Shown here: piece by piece, positions 17,907 to 27,380 of the stretch
Layout of the letters: each line of letters begins with the position of its first letter
Position numbering within the stretch: the first letter of the stretch is position 1
Assembly (NCBI GenBank): GCA_947085655.1
Contig: CAMTXH010000010.1
Location: 82,015 to 146,014, forward strand
DNA: 64,000 bases
Direction of reading: 5' to 3'
Source of the DNA: an uncultured Omnitrophica bacterium
GTDB lineage: Bacteria > Omnitrophota > Gorgyraeia > JACQQV01
Position numbers and translations under genes: made by a program
Notes under the pieces: generated by a model
What the model was told of the DNA's origin: nothing
What the model saw: the letters and a program-made list of their open reading frames with translations, nothing else
Databases searched by the model: none

Positions 17907-19585
17907 TTGAAAACCTCAGCCGGTCGGCCCTTTTCAAAATGCCGCACCCACTCCCGCCAACCATCACCCTCCGTGACCTGGGCGCCTTTCCGGGCCTGCG
18001 AAAAGAGCTCCGAGGGGGTAAAATAACGCGCGCCCGGAATGTGCAGATCCGAAAATTTCTCACCGAGTAGAACACTGGAGGACGCCGAGTCCCTCTTCTC
18101 CAGCCGATCCCGAACCCAAACAGAGCCCGCCTCTACAAAGCGGACCTCTCGTTCGAACCCGAAATGTTTACCCCGGTTATTTTGAATCAGCAGACGTCGC
18201 AAGAAACGTTTGAGCGGGAAGGCGACCGGTGCCCTGAGACTCGATAACCAGCCGACGATGCGCAGCACAAAAAGCTTCCATGTAGAAAGGAGGTGCGTCT
18301 TGCGGTGAAAACAGGATCCTGTCACCCGAAATCCATTGGGATGGACTTCTACCCGGCACTTAGGATCCAAAACACCGGCGATACTGGTTCCGGAAGCGCT
18401 CTTCGCAACGATTCCGGCATCGTACAAAACCTCGTTCCCCTTTTTGGAAAACCACTTGAAGGTCCCGCCTTTTCCCAGGTTCGCCACCAGATACCCTTCA
18501 GGATCCCCATGAACCAGAAGCTGGGCACTTGGGAAATAGCGGTGGAAATTTTCGACCTCACAGGGCAACTGTTCAATGCCCGTAAGGGACAGGCTGCCCG
18601 ATGTCTCCGCCGCTTGAAGAAAGGGGTAGGCGATATAACAAAGATACCGGTCATCCAGATCGTATAGGCCGATCAGGGTCCGCTTTTCCAACCCTTCTCT
18701 CACAAACGCTGCCATACGGGCCGCCACTACGCTGTAGGGGGCAAGGATCTCGATCCCGTGGGGAATCAGGTACTCGGTATTCCGGCTGCCATACTCCCCT
18801 CCCGCGGTGCCGTTCGGATGGAGGAAGTGACTGAGGAATTGCAGGGATTTTTCCAAAACAGGAAGCAGCGATGGGTCCTGAACCTTCTGGAAATACTTGG
18901 CCAGGTAATCCACCGTCAAGGAGAGATAGCCGATATCAGGGCCTCCGTATTCTTGAAACCACCCTTCTTCACTCTGATGTCTCAACAAGAAATCGATTTT
19001 CTGGCGCGCGCCCCTTTCAAATTGCCGATCCTTTGTAACAAGAAAGAGGTTCTGGAGGGCCGCGGCGGCCCCTGCTTCCTGATTGAGTACGTCGTGTTCG
19101 TCATGTTTCAGAAGCCAGGCCCCTGCCCGCGCCAGCGCTTCCACACCCTCCTGACACTGAATCTCGTCATCCAGCGCAAGGAGGGCCTCTGAAACGGCGT
19201 ATGAAGAAAAAGCGGTCGCCACAAAGCTCTTCTCCCCCGGATACCACTCGCTGAAGGAGCCATCGCGCGCTTGGATCTGACACCAAAAATGAAGGGCTGC
19301 TTCGACCCAACGTTTCAGAAGCGGGTTTCCCTCGTAAGGAGGGTAGCCGGATCCTTTTCTGTAAAGGAGGGCAAGCGTCAAGGCCGCCTCCTGAAAGCGG
19401 ACCCCTGCAAAGTCCGTCATCTTGTAATGCCAAAAGGTCCTGTCAAAACAACCGTACGTTGTGGAACCCGGATGCCGGTCCAGGAGACTCAAAAGACGCG
19501 GGACCTGCTCCAAGACTTGAAGTCGGTAAACGTCCCCGCTCTCCTGCTTGGACTCTCTCATCTCATCAAGGGATATCGGTCGCAT
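17903..19585 (-). CDS. uncharacterised soluble protein, paralogue of 41949..42923 with 240-aa C-terminal extension
   Basis: shares TYGCFDRTFWHYKMTDF...QEAALTLALLY and EWYPGEKSFVATAFSSYAVSEA blocks with the 324-aa paralogue; no recognised catalytic motif. Confidence 0.4.
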   Translation of the reverse strand: MRPISLDEMRESKQESGDVYRLQVLEQVPRLLSLLDRHPGSTTYGCFDRTFWHYKMTDFAGVRFQEAALTLALLYRKGSGYPPYEGNPLLKRWVEAALHFWCQIQARDGSFSEWYPGEKSFVATAFSSYAVSEALLALDDEIQCQEGVEALARAGAWLLKHDEHDVLNQEAGAAAALQNLFLVTKDRQFERGARQKIDFLLRHQSEEGWFQEYGGPDIGYLSLTVDYLAKYFQKVQDPSLLPVLEKSLQFLSHFLHPNGTAGGEYGSRNTEYLIPHGIEILAPYSVVAARMAAFVREGLEKRTLIGLYDLDDRYLCYIAYPFLQAAETSGSLSLTGIEQLPCEVENFHRYFPSAQLLVHGDPEGYLVANLGKGGTFKWFSKKGNEVLYDAGIVAKSASGTSIAGVLDPKCRVEVHPNGFRVTGSCFHRKTHLLSTWKLFVLRIVGWLSSLRAPVAFPLKRFLRRLLIQNNRGKHFGFEREVRFVEAGSVWVRDRLEKRDSASSSVLLGEKFSDLHIPGARYFTPSELFSQARKGAQVTEGDGWREWVRHFEKGRPAEVFK

Positions 19586-19590
19586 CGGTC

Positions 19591-20304
19591 TCAGTTATAA
19601 AATTTCTTCTCGAAACGTTTGGCCAAGGGATAAAGATATTTTCGCTTGGGGCACAAATAATAGAGCTGTCGCAGAATCCGCCGGGTGAGAATCCGCCAGT
19701 CAATCAAAGGCAACTTCGGTTTCTTAAAATCGAAGGTGTTGTAAGCGTAGACATCCTGAAGCGTGTATTTCAATTCGTGGGGCCGGAGTTCGTATGAATA
19801 ATAGCCCATCGACACAAAGGCCACAGGGTCATAGGTCCTCGGGATTTTGAACATTCTTCTTAACTCCCGTTTCGGAGGCAGGTGAAGCACCCAGCAGCAG
19901 CCGATATTGTAACAATGGGCCATGAGAATCATATTCTGAACGGCGGCAGCCGCACTCTGAACAGGATCCTGGTAGGTCACATTATCGGTCCTGTTTTCGT
20001 AGCAGACCAGGATCCCTTGCGGTGCATCCCGCAGGAAGGTTGCGCCCCCCCGGTCGAACATCTCCTGAATGAGCCGTCTGTCATTGACAACGATAAATTT
20101 CCATCCCTGGATGTTGCAGGCGGTGGGCGTATGGACCGCCGCCTCAATCAGTTTCTGGATGATGTGATCGTCAATCAAATCCTGCCGATAACGCCTGACC
20201 GAGCGACGCCCCTTGATCACCTCAAGGAGTCGCCGCGCCTTTTCAGGAAGGTCGGATGCAGATACTTTCTCGTTGTCCCTTGTCATGACCATCGAGGCCT
20301 TCAT
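19591..20304 (-). CDS. nitroreductase-family NAD(P)H/FMN oxidoreductase
   Basis: ORF trimmed to MKASMVM (ATGA overlap 20301-20304); RRSVRRY...AVHTPTACNIQGWKFIVV nitroreductase signature. Confidence 0.65.
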   Translation of the reverse strand: MKASMVMTRDNEKVSASDLPEKARRLLEVIKGRRSVRRYRQDLIDDHIIQKLIEAAVHTPTACNIQGWKFIVVNDRRLIQEMFDRGGATFLRDAPQGILVCYENRTDNVTYQDPVQSAAAAVQNMILMAHCYNIGCCWVLHLPPKRELRRMFKIPRTYDPVAFVSMGYYSYELRPHELKYTLQDVYAYNTFDFKKPKLPLIDWRILTRRILRQLYYLCPKRKYLYPLAKRFEKKFYN

Positions 20305-20963
20305 CTCCTTGGCCCCATCCCCACACAAATGGTCCACGGAAACGAGCTGATGTTCCGGATCTCTCTGAAATAAGGTTTGATCATTTTAATGAAAGCTGCC
20401 TGATTCCAGAATTGAACATGCTCCGGGTCCCGTCCCAACCGGGCGAGATGTTTTCCCCTGGCGAAATTCCCCAAACTAAATAGCGGTTCATTGGGAACGC
20501 TTACAATGACTGTATGGCGGCTCACCCGACACAGTTCTGTTAGAGCCCGTATGGGCTCCTTGAGGTGCTCCAAGATCTCAAGCGCCATGACCAGGTCGAA
20601 ACTTTGTGCGGCAAAATGGAGAGAAGTGACATTTCCCTCGGAAAATGAGACTCCCGGATTGAGTTCGCTTGCTATTGCCAGGGCTTCTGCGTTTCTATCC
20701 ACGCCCTCGAAACGGGCCTTGATGCCGTGACGGCGCAAATGAGAAATAACAAACCCTTCGCCACAGCCTATTTCTAAGACATCGTCACAATGAAGCATGG
20801 AGACTGTTTCAAGAATCTTGTCGAGAAACCGGCCTATTAAAAAACGGGCCAAACGGTTTTTTGTTAGATATTTATTGTAATTACTTGAGGAGTAGGTTGC
20901 TCGGTGACGAACCGTTTCAAAATATTTCACATTTTCCAGAACTTCCATTCCTTCAGACTCCAT
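20301..20963 (-). CDS. class I SAM-dependent methyltransferase
   Basis: VLEIGCGEGFV motif I, DLVMALEILEHL motif II/III region. Confidence 0.7.
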   Translation of the reverse strand: MESEGMEVLENVKYFETVRHRATYSSSNYNKYLTKNRLARFLIGRFLDKILETVSMLHCDDVLEIGCGEGFVISHLRRHGIKARFEGVDRNAEALAIASELNPGVSFSEGNVTSLHFAAQSFDLVMALEILEHLKEPIRALTELCRVSRHTVIVSVPNEPLFSLGNFARGKHLARLGRDPEHVQFWNQAAFIKMIKPYFREIRNISSFPWTICVGMGPRR

Positions 20964-20987
20964 GCGAAAACGTTTCGGGCCGTTTCG

Positions 20988-21974
20988 TCACCCTATCCTC
21001 TCCTTTTCTTCAACCGGCTGCCCGGTGGAGGCGTATTCCCCCCCTCCCTCCAGGAACGGGGACCCTTGATGAAAATGATGCACAATCAATTCACCCAAAA
21101 GCCCCACGCAGAAAAATTGAATGCCCGATAAAATCAGGAGAATCCCGAGGAAAAGGAGGGGCCTATTGCCGATCGGCCGTTGACCCATGAACCATAGAAG
21201 AGATAAGTAACTACAAATCAAAACGCCCAAGCCCCCTGTAATCAATCCCGGCCGGCCCAGAAAATGGAGGGGCCGCTTCAGATACTGGGTTAAAAAAAGG
21301 ACCGTCAGGAGGTCCAAAAAACCCTCCACATAACGCCCGGGCCCAAACTTCGTCTTTCCGAATTTCCGCGCGCGATGCCGCACTTTGGCTTCGGAGACGC
21401 GAAATCCCTTCTGATGCGCCAAGACCGCGATGAACCGGTGGAGCTGGCCATACAGTCTCAGTTCTTTGACGACTTCCCGCCGGTAGCATTTCATTCCGCA
21501 GTTAAAATCGTGGAGCGGGATGCCGGTCATGGATGCCGTGACACGGTTGAAAAATTTCGAGGAGATCTTTTTCAGGAAGGGGTCTTGTCGGTTTGTCTTC
21601 CAACCCGAGACAAGGTCATACCCCTCCTCGAGCTTCCTGAGCAGAACCGGAATTTCGTGCGGATCATCCTGAAGATCCCCATCGAGGGTGACCACCACAT
21701 CCCCCCGTGCCTCCTCAAAACCCTTCTGCATGGCAGCAGATTTCCCAAAATTCCTCCTGAAACGGATTACCTTCAAAGAGTCGAAGTTCTCCTTGAGCGA
21801 CTGGAGACGTTGAGGGGTATCATCGGTGCTGCCATCGTCCACGAGAACGATCTCATAGTCGTCCACGGAAAGACTCAGGAAAACCTCGGAGATCTCCTGA
21901 AGCAGCGGCGCCAGACTGTCGGCTTCGTTAAAGACCGGGACAACAACCGAAAGACGAGGGGCTTTCTGTTTCAT
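20988..21974 (-). CDS. GT2 polyprenyl-phosphate sugar transferase (ArnC/GtrB-like with C-terminal TM helices)
   Basis: LSVVVPVFNE...VLVDDGSTDDT...TLDGDLQDDP; two hydrophobic C-terminal helices (LLTVLFLTQY..., LLFLGILLILSGIQFFCVGLLGEL). Confidence 0.8.
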   Translation of the reverse strand: MKQKAPRLSVVVPVFNEADSLAPLLQEISEVFLSLSVDDYEIVLVDDGSTDDTPQRLQSLKENFDSLKVIRFRRNFGKSAAMQKGFEEARGDVVVTLDGDLQDDPHEIPVLLRKLEEGYDLVSGWKTNRQDPFLKKISSKFFNRVTASMTGIPLHDFNCGMKCYRREVVKELRLYGQLHRFIAVLAHQKGFRVSEAKVRHRARKFGKTKFGPGRYVEGFLDLLTVLFLTQYLKRPLHFLGRPGLITGGLGVLICSYLSLLWFMGQRPIGNRPLLFLGILLILSGIQFFCVGLLGELIVHHFHQGSPFLEGGGEYASTGQPVEEKERIG

Positions 21975-23725
21975 CTTCTTCCCCGCTTGGCCGATGGGTG
22001 TAAGGCGTAAATTTTAATGGTCGGACCAGGTCGATTGAAACGATAAAGACCCTCAAAGGGACCGTGCACTCCGTAGAGAACGGCAACAGTCTCTTTCTCG
22101 TTCCGGAAAGGATGGAAAACTTTCACCAATTCGGCCTTTTCATCCAACTTTTGGTAAAAGCGGGAAATTTTCGGGGAGTTTGTGACACGGTCTCTCCAGA
22201 AGCTGGAAAGGACCACGTAGTCGACCCCCCGTGCCCTTAAGGCATCGAAGTCATAATGGTTTTCATATTTTGGGAAATAGGATTCCCGGTCGGAAATATC
22301 GATCAGTTCATACCGGGGCCCCGCTATCTGGAAACGCTGCAGCGCTTCCCGTGTTTTCCCTTTCAATGGATTTTGCAATTTCAGTTCCTTCAAAATCGCC
22401 TCGTTTTGCCCGGAAGTCTCCGCCAAAGGCGGAACCCACGCCTGGATCGCCAGGTACCGCTCCAGGGCAATGACGGAATGGGGAGGGATATGGGTCTCAA
22501 TCCACTCTTTGGCGGAGGTCCTGGTGTCCTTTTGAGAGAGGAGATAATTGTGATAGATGTCGCTGGCCGCCGAAGGAAAAATCAGGGCTCCGGCCAAGGA
22601 ACCGGTCAAAACCGTTTTCCAAAATTGGGGGAGAGTGAGTCGGGAACAACAGGCCTCCACCGCAACAGCTGCGAGAATACATAAGAAAGGTGTTAGGGGC
22701 ATTACATAAGGAGGGAGTTTGCTTTCTAGATTTTCAAAGACAAGATAATAGATGAGGGGGAAGAGAATAAGAAAGATCGCTTTCTTTTCAGGGTGTCCTA
22801 GGACAAAAACGAGGCCCAGACATGCCGCAATCAGAAAAGCCCATCCCACCCCGATAGGCAAAATCTCTTTGGCATAGGCCAGATTGAACGACCATCCCGC
22901 AGACGAGCCAGGGCCAAGAGCACGGTTGACCAAAAGGCCGAATTCCTTGAAAACGGAAGGGAAATCCAAAAAGACAAAAGGACTCGTCATAAAAAGACCC
23001 AGGCCCATCATCAAGAGACCGCCAAACAGCAAGGGGTGCCAAAAGGACATTCTCTCTGGCTGAGAGCGGTCAAAGACCCGAAGAAGATGTGCCACCCCAT
23101 ACAGAGGGACGAGGAGCAGCGCATTCCAGTTGGCCGAAATGGCTAACCCCGTCAGGAATCCGCTTCCCAAATAGGCTGCCCGTCGACCCCCGGAAACCAT
23201 ACCGAGATACGCTGCGACACAACAGGTGATGAAAAAGGTAACAGGGACGTCATGCCGCATGTAATGGGAATTCCGGACATGGAGAAACGGGAGAGCCATG
23301 AAGAAAGCGGAAAGGAGCGCCACCCGCCGGGAAAAGACTTTTCGTGCCAAGGTGTAGGTGGCCCAAATGGTAGCGGTCCCGAAAAGGACGCCCATCACAA
23401 AACGACCGATGAGGTAAAAGGAGGATGGATTTGTAAAAAAGAGCCGCTCAAAGTCCGACAGAGAGGCAAACCAACCCAGCCCCTTCCCTAAGAGAAAATA
23501 ACACCCATAGATAAAGAATAGGGAGTAATGGATGAGGTGGGGATGCCAGAAATAGTGAGGATGGAGGTCGCCGGTTCCAAACCCCAATGTCACGTTCATT
23601 GTCATCCCTTCATCCTGGTGGTAAAGATAGGGCAGGCCAAAATCAATTCCCCATAGACGCACCAAAAAACCTCCGATCAGAATGAAAATCAAATAAAGGT
23701 TATATGGAGAACCGTTTCTGAACAT
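21971..23725 (-). CDS. GT-C glycosyltransferase of the ArnT/PMT (GT39/GT83-like) family
   Basis: 584 aa polytopic; N-terminal loop motif YLYHQDEGM; overlaps (4 nt) the preceding ArnC-like GT2, the classical ArnC/ArnT or GtrB/GtrC arrangement. Confidence 0.6.
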   Translation of the reverse strand: MFRNGSPYNLYLIFILIGGFLVRLWGIDFGLPYLYHQDEGMTMNVTLGFGTGDLHPHYFWHPHLIHYSLFFIYGCYFLLGKGLGWFASLSDFERLFFTNPSSFYLIGRFVMGVLFGTATIWATYTLARKVFSRRVALLSAFFMALPFLHVRNSHYMRHDVPVTFFITCCVAAYLGMVSGGRRAAYLGSGFLTGLAISANWNALLLVPLYGVAHLLRVFDRSQPERMSFWHPLLFGGLLMMGLGLFMTSPFVFLDFPSVFKEFGLLVNRALGPGSSAGWSFNLAYAKEILPIGVGWAFLIAACLGLVFVLGHPEKKAIFLILFPLIYYLVFENLESKLPPYVMPLTPFLCILAAVAVEACCSRLTLPQFWKTVLTGSLAGALIFPSAASDIYHNYLLSQKDTRTSAKEWIETHIPPHSVIALERYLAIQAWVPPLAETSGQNEAILKELKLQNPLKGKTREALQRFQIAGPRYELIDISDRESYFPKYENHYDFDALRARGVDYVVLSSFWRDRVTNSPKISRFYQKLDEKAELVKVFHPFRNEKETVAVLYGVHGPFEGLYRFNRPGPTIKIYALHPSAKRGRR

Positions 23726-23737
23726 GGAGAAACACCG

Positions 23738-24988
23738 TTACCAAATTCCAGTGATGTGTAAGGAAGATGCCAAAAGTCGCTTAAAGGGTTCTGAAAAAGC
23801 CGCCAAGGTTGCATGGATGACCAAAAAAACTGAAACGATCGCCCATCCCATAGAACGCCGCGGAAGTTTCTGAAAGAGTTCCAGAAGACCAAAGGCACCC
23901 AGTATCACGATAAAAGGCTCGATGGGCAGCCGAAACCTCGGAGACCCATAAAAAAGAAGGGCCATCCCCTGGAAATAAAGAATGGGGACCAGAAAAAAAA
24001 GACGTTTCCCTTTCGCCAGGAACAGGCCGAGGAGGAAAAAAGGGAAGATGAAACCGTACAAGATATGATAACGGCCGTCCCCCAAAATTTCCCAGTCAAA
24101 AGGCGCCCAGAAATAAAGAAATTTCAGCAATTCCAAACGGATGAGGGAAGCCGGGCTTTCACGGATATCCTCAATCGTCTTTTGAAAAAGATAGGCGCTC
24201 ATTTCTGTTTCGGATCCGAGTTGTCTTGCAAAAGCTGTTCTCTCATCCTTGACGTTCACTCCAAAAACCTTGCCGTCCACGGGATGGTAGGCGCTATAAA
24301 AAGCGTATCCGCCCTGTGTCGAGACCGGCACAAAGGTTCGATGCACATAGAAGTTTCGTATCGCGAGAGGTAAAAGGCAGAGAAGGAATATTCCCAACAA
24401 AACCATCCCTTTCTTAAACCCTTTGCGGCCGTGCAGGAAAATAAGATACCCCGCCGCAACAAATGGCAAGAGAAAGGTCATCCCCTTTATCAAAGTCGCT
24501 ATGCCGAAGAAAAATCCTGAAAAGACAATGTCCGTCTGAGTCCCCTTTTGCAACGAAAAGAAAGCTCCTAAAAAGCAGAGGGTGAAGAGACATTCCGTCA
24601 AGAGAAGGGTGCTCGTCGCGATAGAGGGGAAATTCACAAGCATCAAGACCGATGCAAGAAGCGCGACAGCCGAGCCAAAGGGTCTTCTTGCCATTTCATA
24701 GACCAGATTGCAAACCAACGCACCCAAAAGGGCCTGTATGACATAAACGGCTTTCAGGTTGCCTCTCCCAAAGAGGCGATACACAGAGGCAACAAACATG
24801 GGGTAAAGGGGTGGCCGGGTATAGGTTTGCTCCTCGCTCCGGTAACCCCTTCCCTCCTCAAGCGAAACCGCGAAGGCATGGTAGTCACTCTCATCGCCGC
24901 GGAGTTGCGGCTCGGCAGGAATCATCCAGAGCCGGAGCGCCACTGCCACCCCCCAAAGAATCAAGTGAAACCAAATTATTTTCCCGCG
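23738..24988 (-). CDS. GT-C glycosyltransferase, ArnT-like (PMT_2 family)
   Basis: ORF 23738..25051 trimmed to MRGKIIWFHL; first-loop motif RGDESDYHAFAVSLEEGRGY typical of ArnT-like enzymes; C-terminus GSPRFRLPIEP shared with paralogue at 29321..30619. Confidence 0.6.
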   Translation of the reverse strand, partial: RGKIIWFHLILWGVAVALRLWMIPAEPQLRGDESDYHAFAVSLEEGRGYRSEEQTYTRPPLYPMFVASVYRLFGRGNLKAVYVIQALLGALVCNLVYEMARRPFGSAVALLASVLMLVNFPSIATSTLLLTECLFTLCFLGAFFSLQKGTQTDIVFSGFFFGIATLIKGMTFLLPFVAAGYLIFLHGRKGFKKGMVLLGIFLLCLLPLAIRNFYVHRTFVPVSTQGGYAFYSAYHPVDGKVFGVNVKDERTAFARQLGSETEMSAYLFQKTIEDIRESPASLIRLELLKFLYFWAPFDWEILGDGRYHILYGFIFPFFLLGLFLAKGKRLFFLVPILYFQGMALLFYGSPRFRLPIEPFIVILGAFGLLELFQKLPRRSMGWAIVSVFLVIHATLAAFSEPFKRLLASSLHITGIW

Positions 24989-24996
24989 CATGGTCA

Positions 24997-25725
24997 CTAT
25001 TTCCTGAGGCCCAATCCGAGATAAACAATCGGTTTCAACATACTCCACCATCCTGTGATCGGCTTCATCTTTGTATAACCCAGCTTCTTCGGAGGATAAA
25101 TTTTCGTTGCCGGAACTTCTTTTACACGGTATCCGAGCCGGATGCTCTTATAATAGAGGTAAGGTTCCAGTTCATACTGGTTCAACCAATCCTGATCGAT
25201 CCGAATCCGATCGTCCCGAAGGAGCGATAAACGAAAAGCCCTGAAGCCGTTGGTGCTGTCGGTGATCCAACGCCTTGTGATGAGCGAAAAAAGAAAGGGA
25301 TGGATATAGCGTGTTGCCGCGATCCGGTAAAGGGGCATCGCTCCAAATCTTCCTCCGTTCAGATAACGGGATCCCTGCACGAAATCGTAATCTTCCTGAA
25401 AAAGTGCCTCCAGAAGTTGGGGTATTTCAGAGGGATTGTCTTTGTCGTTTCCGGCGAGAACAACGACCGCATCCGCGTTTTTCTGTTGTGCATAGCGGAG
25501 ACCTGTTCGTAACGCAGTGCCGACACCCCTTGTTTGTGGATGGGAAATAATATAAGCCCCTTCCCGCCTTGCCTCTTCAGATGTCCCATCGGAGGAGCCG
25601 TCGTCCACCACCACAACCTCATTCACCGGAGGGCGCGGGATTTTGGAGACGACTTTCCCAATCTTCCGGGATTCGTTAAACGCCGGAATCAGAGCAACAA
25701 CATAAGGATGAGATGGACCGTCCAA
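24997..25725 (-). CDS. GT2 polyprenyl-phosphate sugar synthase (DPM1-like)
   Basis: VVALIPAFNE...VVVVDDGSSDGT...VLAGNDKDNP. Confidence 0.8.
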   Translation of the reverse strand: MDGPSHPYVVALIPAFNESRKIGKVVSKIPRPPVNEVVVVDDGSSDGTSEEARREGAYIISHPQTRGVGTALRTGLRYAQQKNADAVVVLAGNDKDNPSEIPQLLEALFQEDYDFVQGSRYLNGGRFGAMPLYRIAATRYIHPFLFSLITRRWITDSTNGFRAFRLSLLRDDRIRIDQDWLNQYELEPYLYYKSIRLGYRVKEVPATKIYPPKKLGYTKMKPITGWWSMLKPIVYLGLGLRK

Positions 25726-25752
25726 ATGAGAATTCCCTCTTTCAAAAACACT

Positions 25753-26349
25753 TTACCTTTTCTGCAGAGCTCCCCGAACCTGTGCAGGGTTTCCGTAAGC
25801 GACAACCTCCTCTGGAATGTCGCGAGTGACAACACTCCCTGAGCCAATCAAACTCCCTGCACCCACATGGATGCCCGGCAGGAGAATAACCCCCGCACCA
25901 ATTTTTGCTCCCCGGTGAATATGAGGCCCAGGGAAGTTCTTTAAGGCGATATACTTGTCATTGGTCGTCACCACGCCGGGACCGATAAAAACGTCGTCCT
26001 CCACAACGGTATATTGTGCGAGATAGACCTGATTATGAAGTTTGACGCGATTTCCGATCCGGCATCCATAGTCAATGATTGAATGACTCCAAATGCAGAC
26101 CTCGTCGCCAATCTGGTTTTCTTCGCGGATGACAACATGATGTCCAGTCGCAAGCTTTGCACCGATGCGTGTGCCCGCATAGATGACGGTTCCGGAACGG
26201 AGGATGGCGGCATCCCCGATGAATGTCTCCTTGTTTGCAATCTGCCGCGAGGGGAGGCATCCGATCAGGACGTCCGGATCCATCTGGACATCCTTTCCCA
26301 GCACCACATGAGAACCAAAGGATCGAGAAGGCCGTGTTTTCTTTCTCAT
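25753..26349 (-). CDS. left-handed beta-helix sugar N-acetyltransferase (WbpD/PglD/NeuD-like hexapeptide transferase)
   Basis: repeated hexapeptide [LIV]-G-x-x-x-x pattern (IGDAAIL, IGAKLATG, IGNRVKL, IGPGVVT, IGAGVIL, VGAGSLIGSGSVV). Confidence 0.7.
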   Translation of the reverse strand: MRKKTRPSRSFGSHVVLGKDVQMDPDVLIGCLPSRQIANKETFIGDAAILRSGTVIYAGTRIGAKLATGHHVVIREENQIGDEVCIWSHSIIDYGCRIGNRVKLHNQVYLAQYTVVEDDVFIGPGVVTTNDKYIALKNFPGPHIHRGAKIGAGVILLPGIHVGAGSLIGSGSVVTRDIPEEVVAYGNPAQVRGALQKR

Positions 26350-27380
26350 GCGAAGACCTTTACCGGAAGTCCCTTTTTCCGGATAGACTTCTGAATGGCC
26401 TCAAGAATCTGAACTACTTTCACCCCCATTTGGCCATCGCTAATCGGTTTTTTGCCGTTTGTAATCGATGATAGAAACGCCTCTGCCTGAACCTGAAGCG
26501 GTTCAGCCAAATAGACCTTTGGAATCAGCACGTCTCCGTCGCGCGATAAAAAATGAAACTCGCCGAATGTCCTGTAGTTCTGTGACCGCATCACGCCTTT
26601 ATCGTAGATCCGTATGGGCTCGATGGGGTTCATGTCGTCCCAGATGGCCATCTTTTCACTTCCTACAACAGTAATCTCCCGAACCTTCCGGGGGTCTAGC
26701 CAGCTGACCTGGACATTTGCGATGATATTGTGAGGATACGTCAAGGTAACGACCGCGATATCCTCTATCCGTGGCTGGATAAAGGTCGCCCCTTTGGCCG
26801 TCACCTCCGTCGGTGTGACGCCAAGTAAATACGATAAGATTGAGATATCATGGGCAGCCAAATCCCAAACGACGTTCACATCCTTCCGGATGGGCCCGAG
26901 ATTCGTCCGAAGAGACCGGATATAACAAGGTTTACCAAGAGTCCCCTTCTGAATATAGTCATGCAGCCGTTGGATCCCCAGATTGAAAAGAAAGGTGTGT
27001 CCGACGAAGAGGAGACGCCTCTTCTTTTTGGCAAGGGTCACCAACTTTTTGGCCTTTTCAGAGGTGGTGGTCAAAGGTTTCTCGCAAAGTACATGCTTTC
27101 CGTGCTCAAGACAGGTTTTGACAATGTCAAAATGGGTTGACGTCGGCGTGGCAACGACGACGGCCTCCACATCAGTGCGTTTCAAAAGAGACCTATAGTC
27201 CGAGACCGTCTCCAGGGACGGATAAAGCTCCTTCACCAAATTTTGACGGGAGGGGTCCCTGTCTGCACAAACAACGACCCGGCCGCCAGAGACTTGTGAA
27301 AAAATCCGAATGTGATTTTTCCCCCATTCTCCGCAACCGATGATCCCAATATTGATTCGTTCCCGGTTATTCGTTCGCAT
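26346..27380 (-). CDS. Gfo/Idh/MocA-family NAD(P)-dependent oxidoreductase (WbpB-like nucleotide-sugar dehydrogenase)
   Basis: ORF trimmed to MRTNNRERINIGIIGCGEWGKNH Rossmann start; C-terminal alpha/beta domain. Confidence 0.7.
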   Translation of the reverse strand: MRTNNRERINIGIIGCGEWGKNHIRIFSQVSGGRVVVCADRDPSRQNLVKELYPSLETVSDYRSLLKRTDVEAVVVATPTSTHFDIVKTCLEHGKHVLCEKPLTTTSEKAKKLVTLAKKKRRLLFVGHTFLFNLGIQRLHDYIQKGTLGKPCYIRSLRTNLGPIRKDVNVVWDLAAHDISILSYLLGVTPTEVTAKGATFIQPRIEDIAVVTLTYPHNIIANVQVSWLDPRKVREITVVGSEKMAIWDDMNPIEPIRIYDKGVMRSQNYRTFGEFHFLSRDGDVLIPKVYLAEPLQVQAEAFLSSITNGKKPISDGQMGVKVVQILEAIQKSIRKKGLPVKVFA

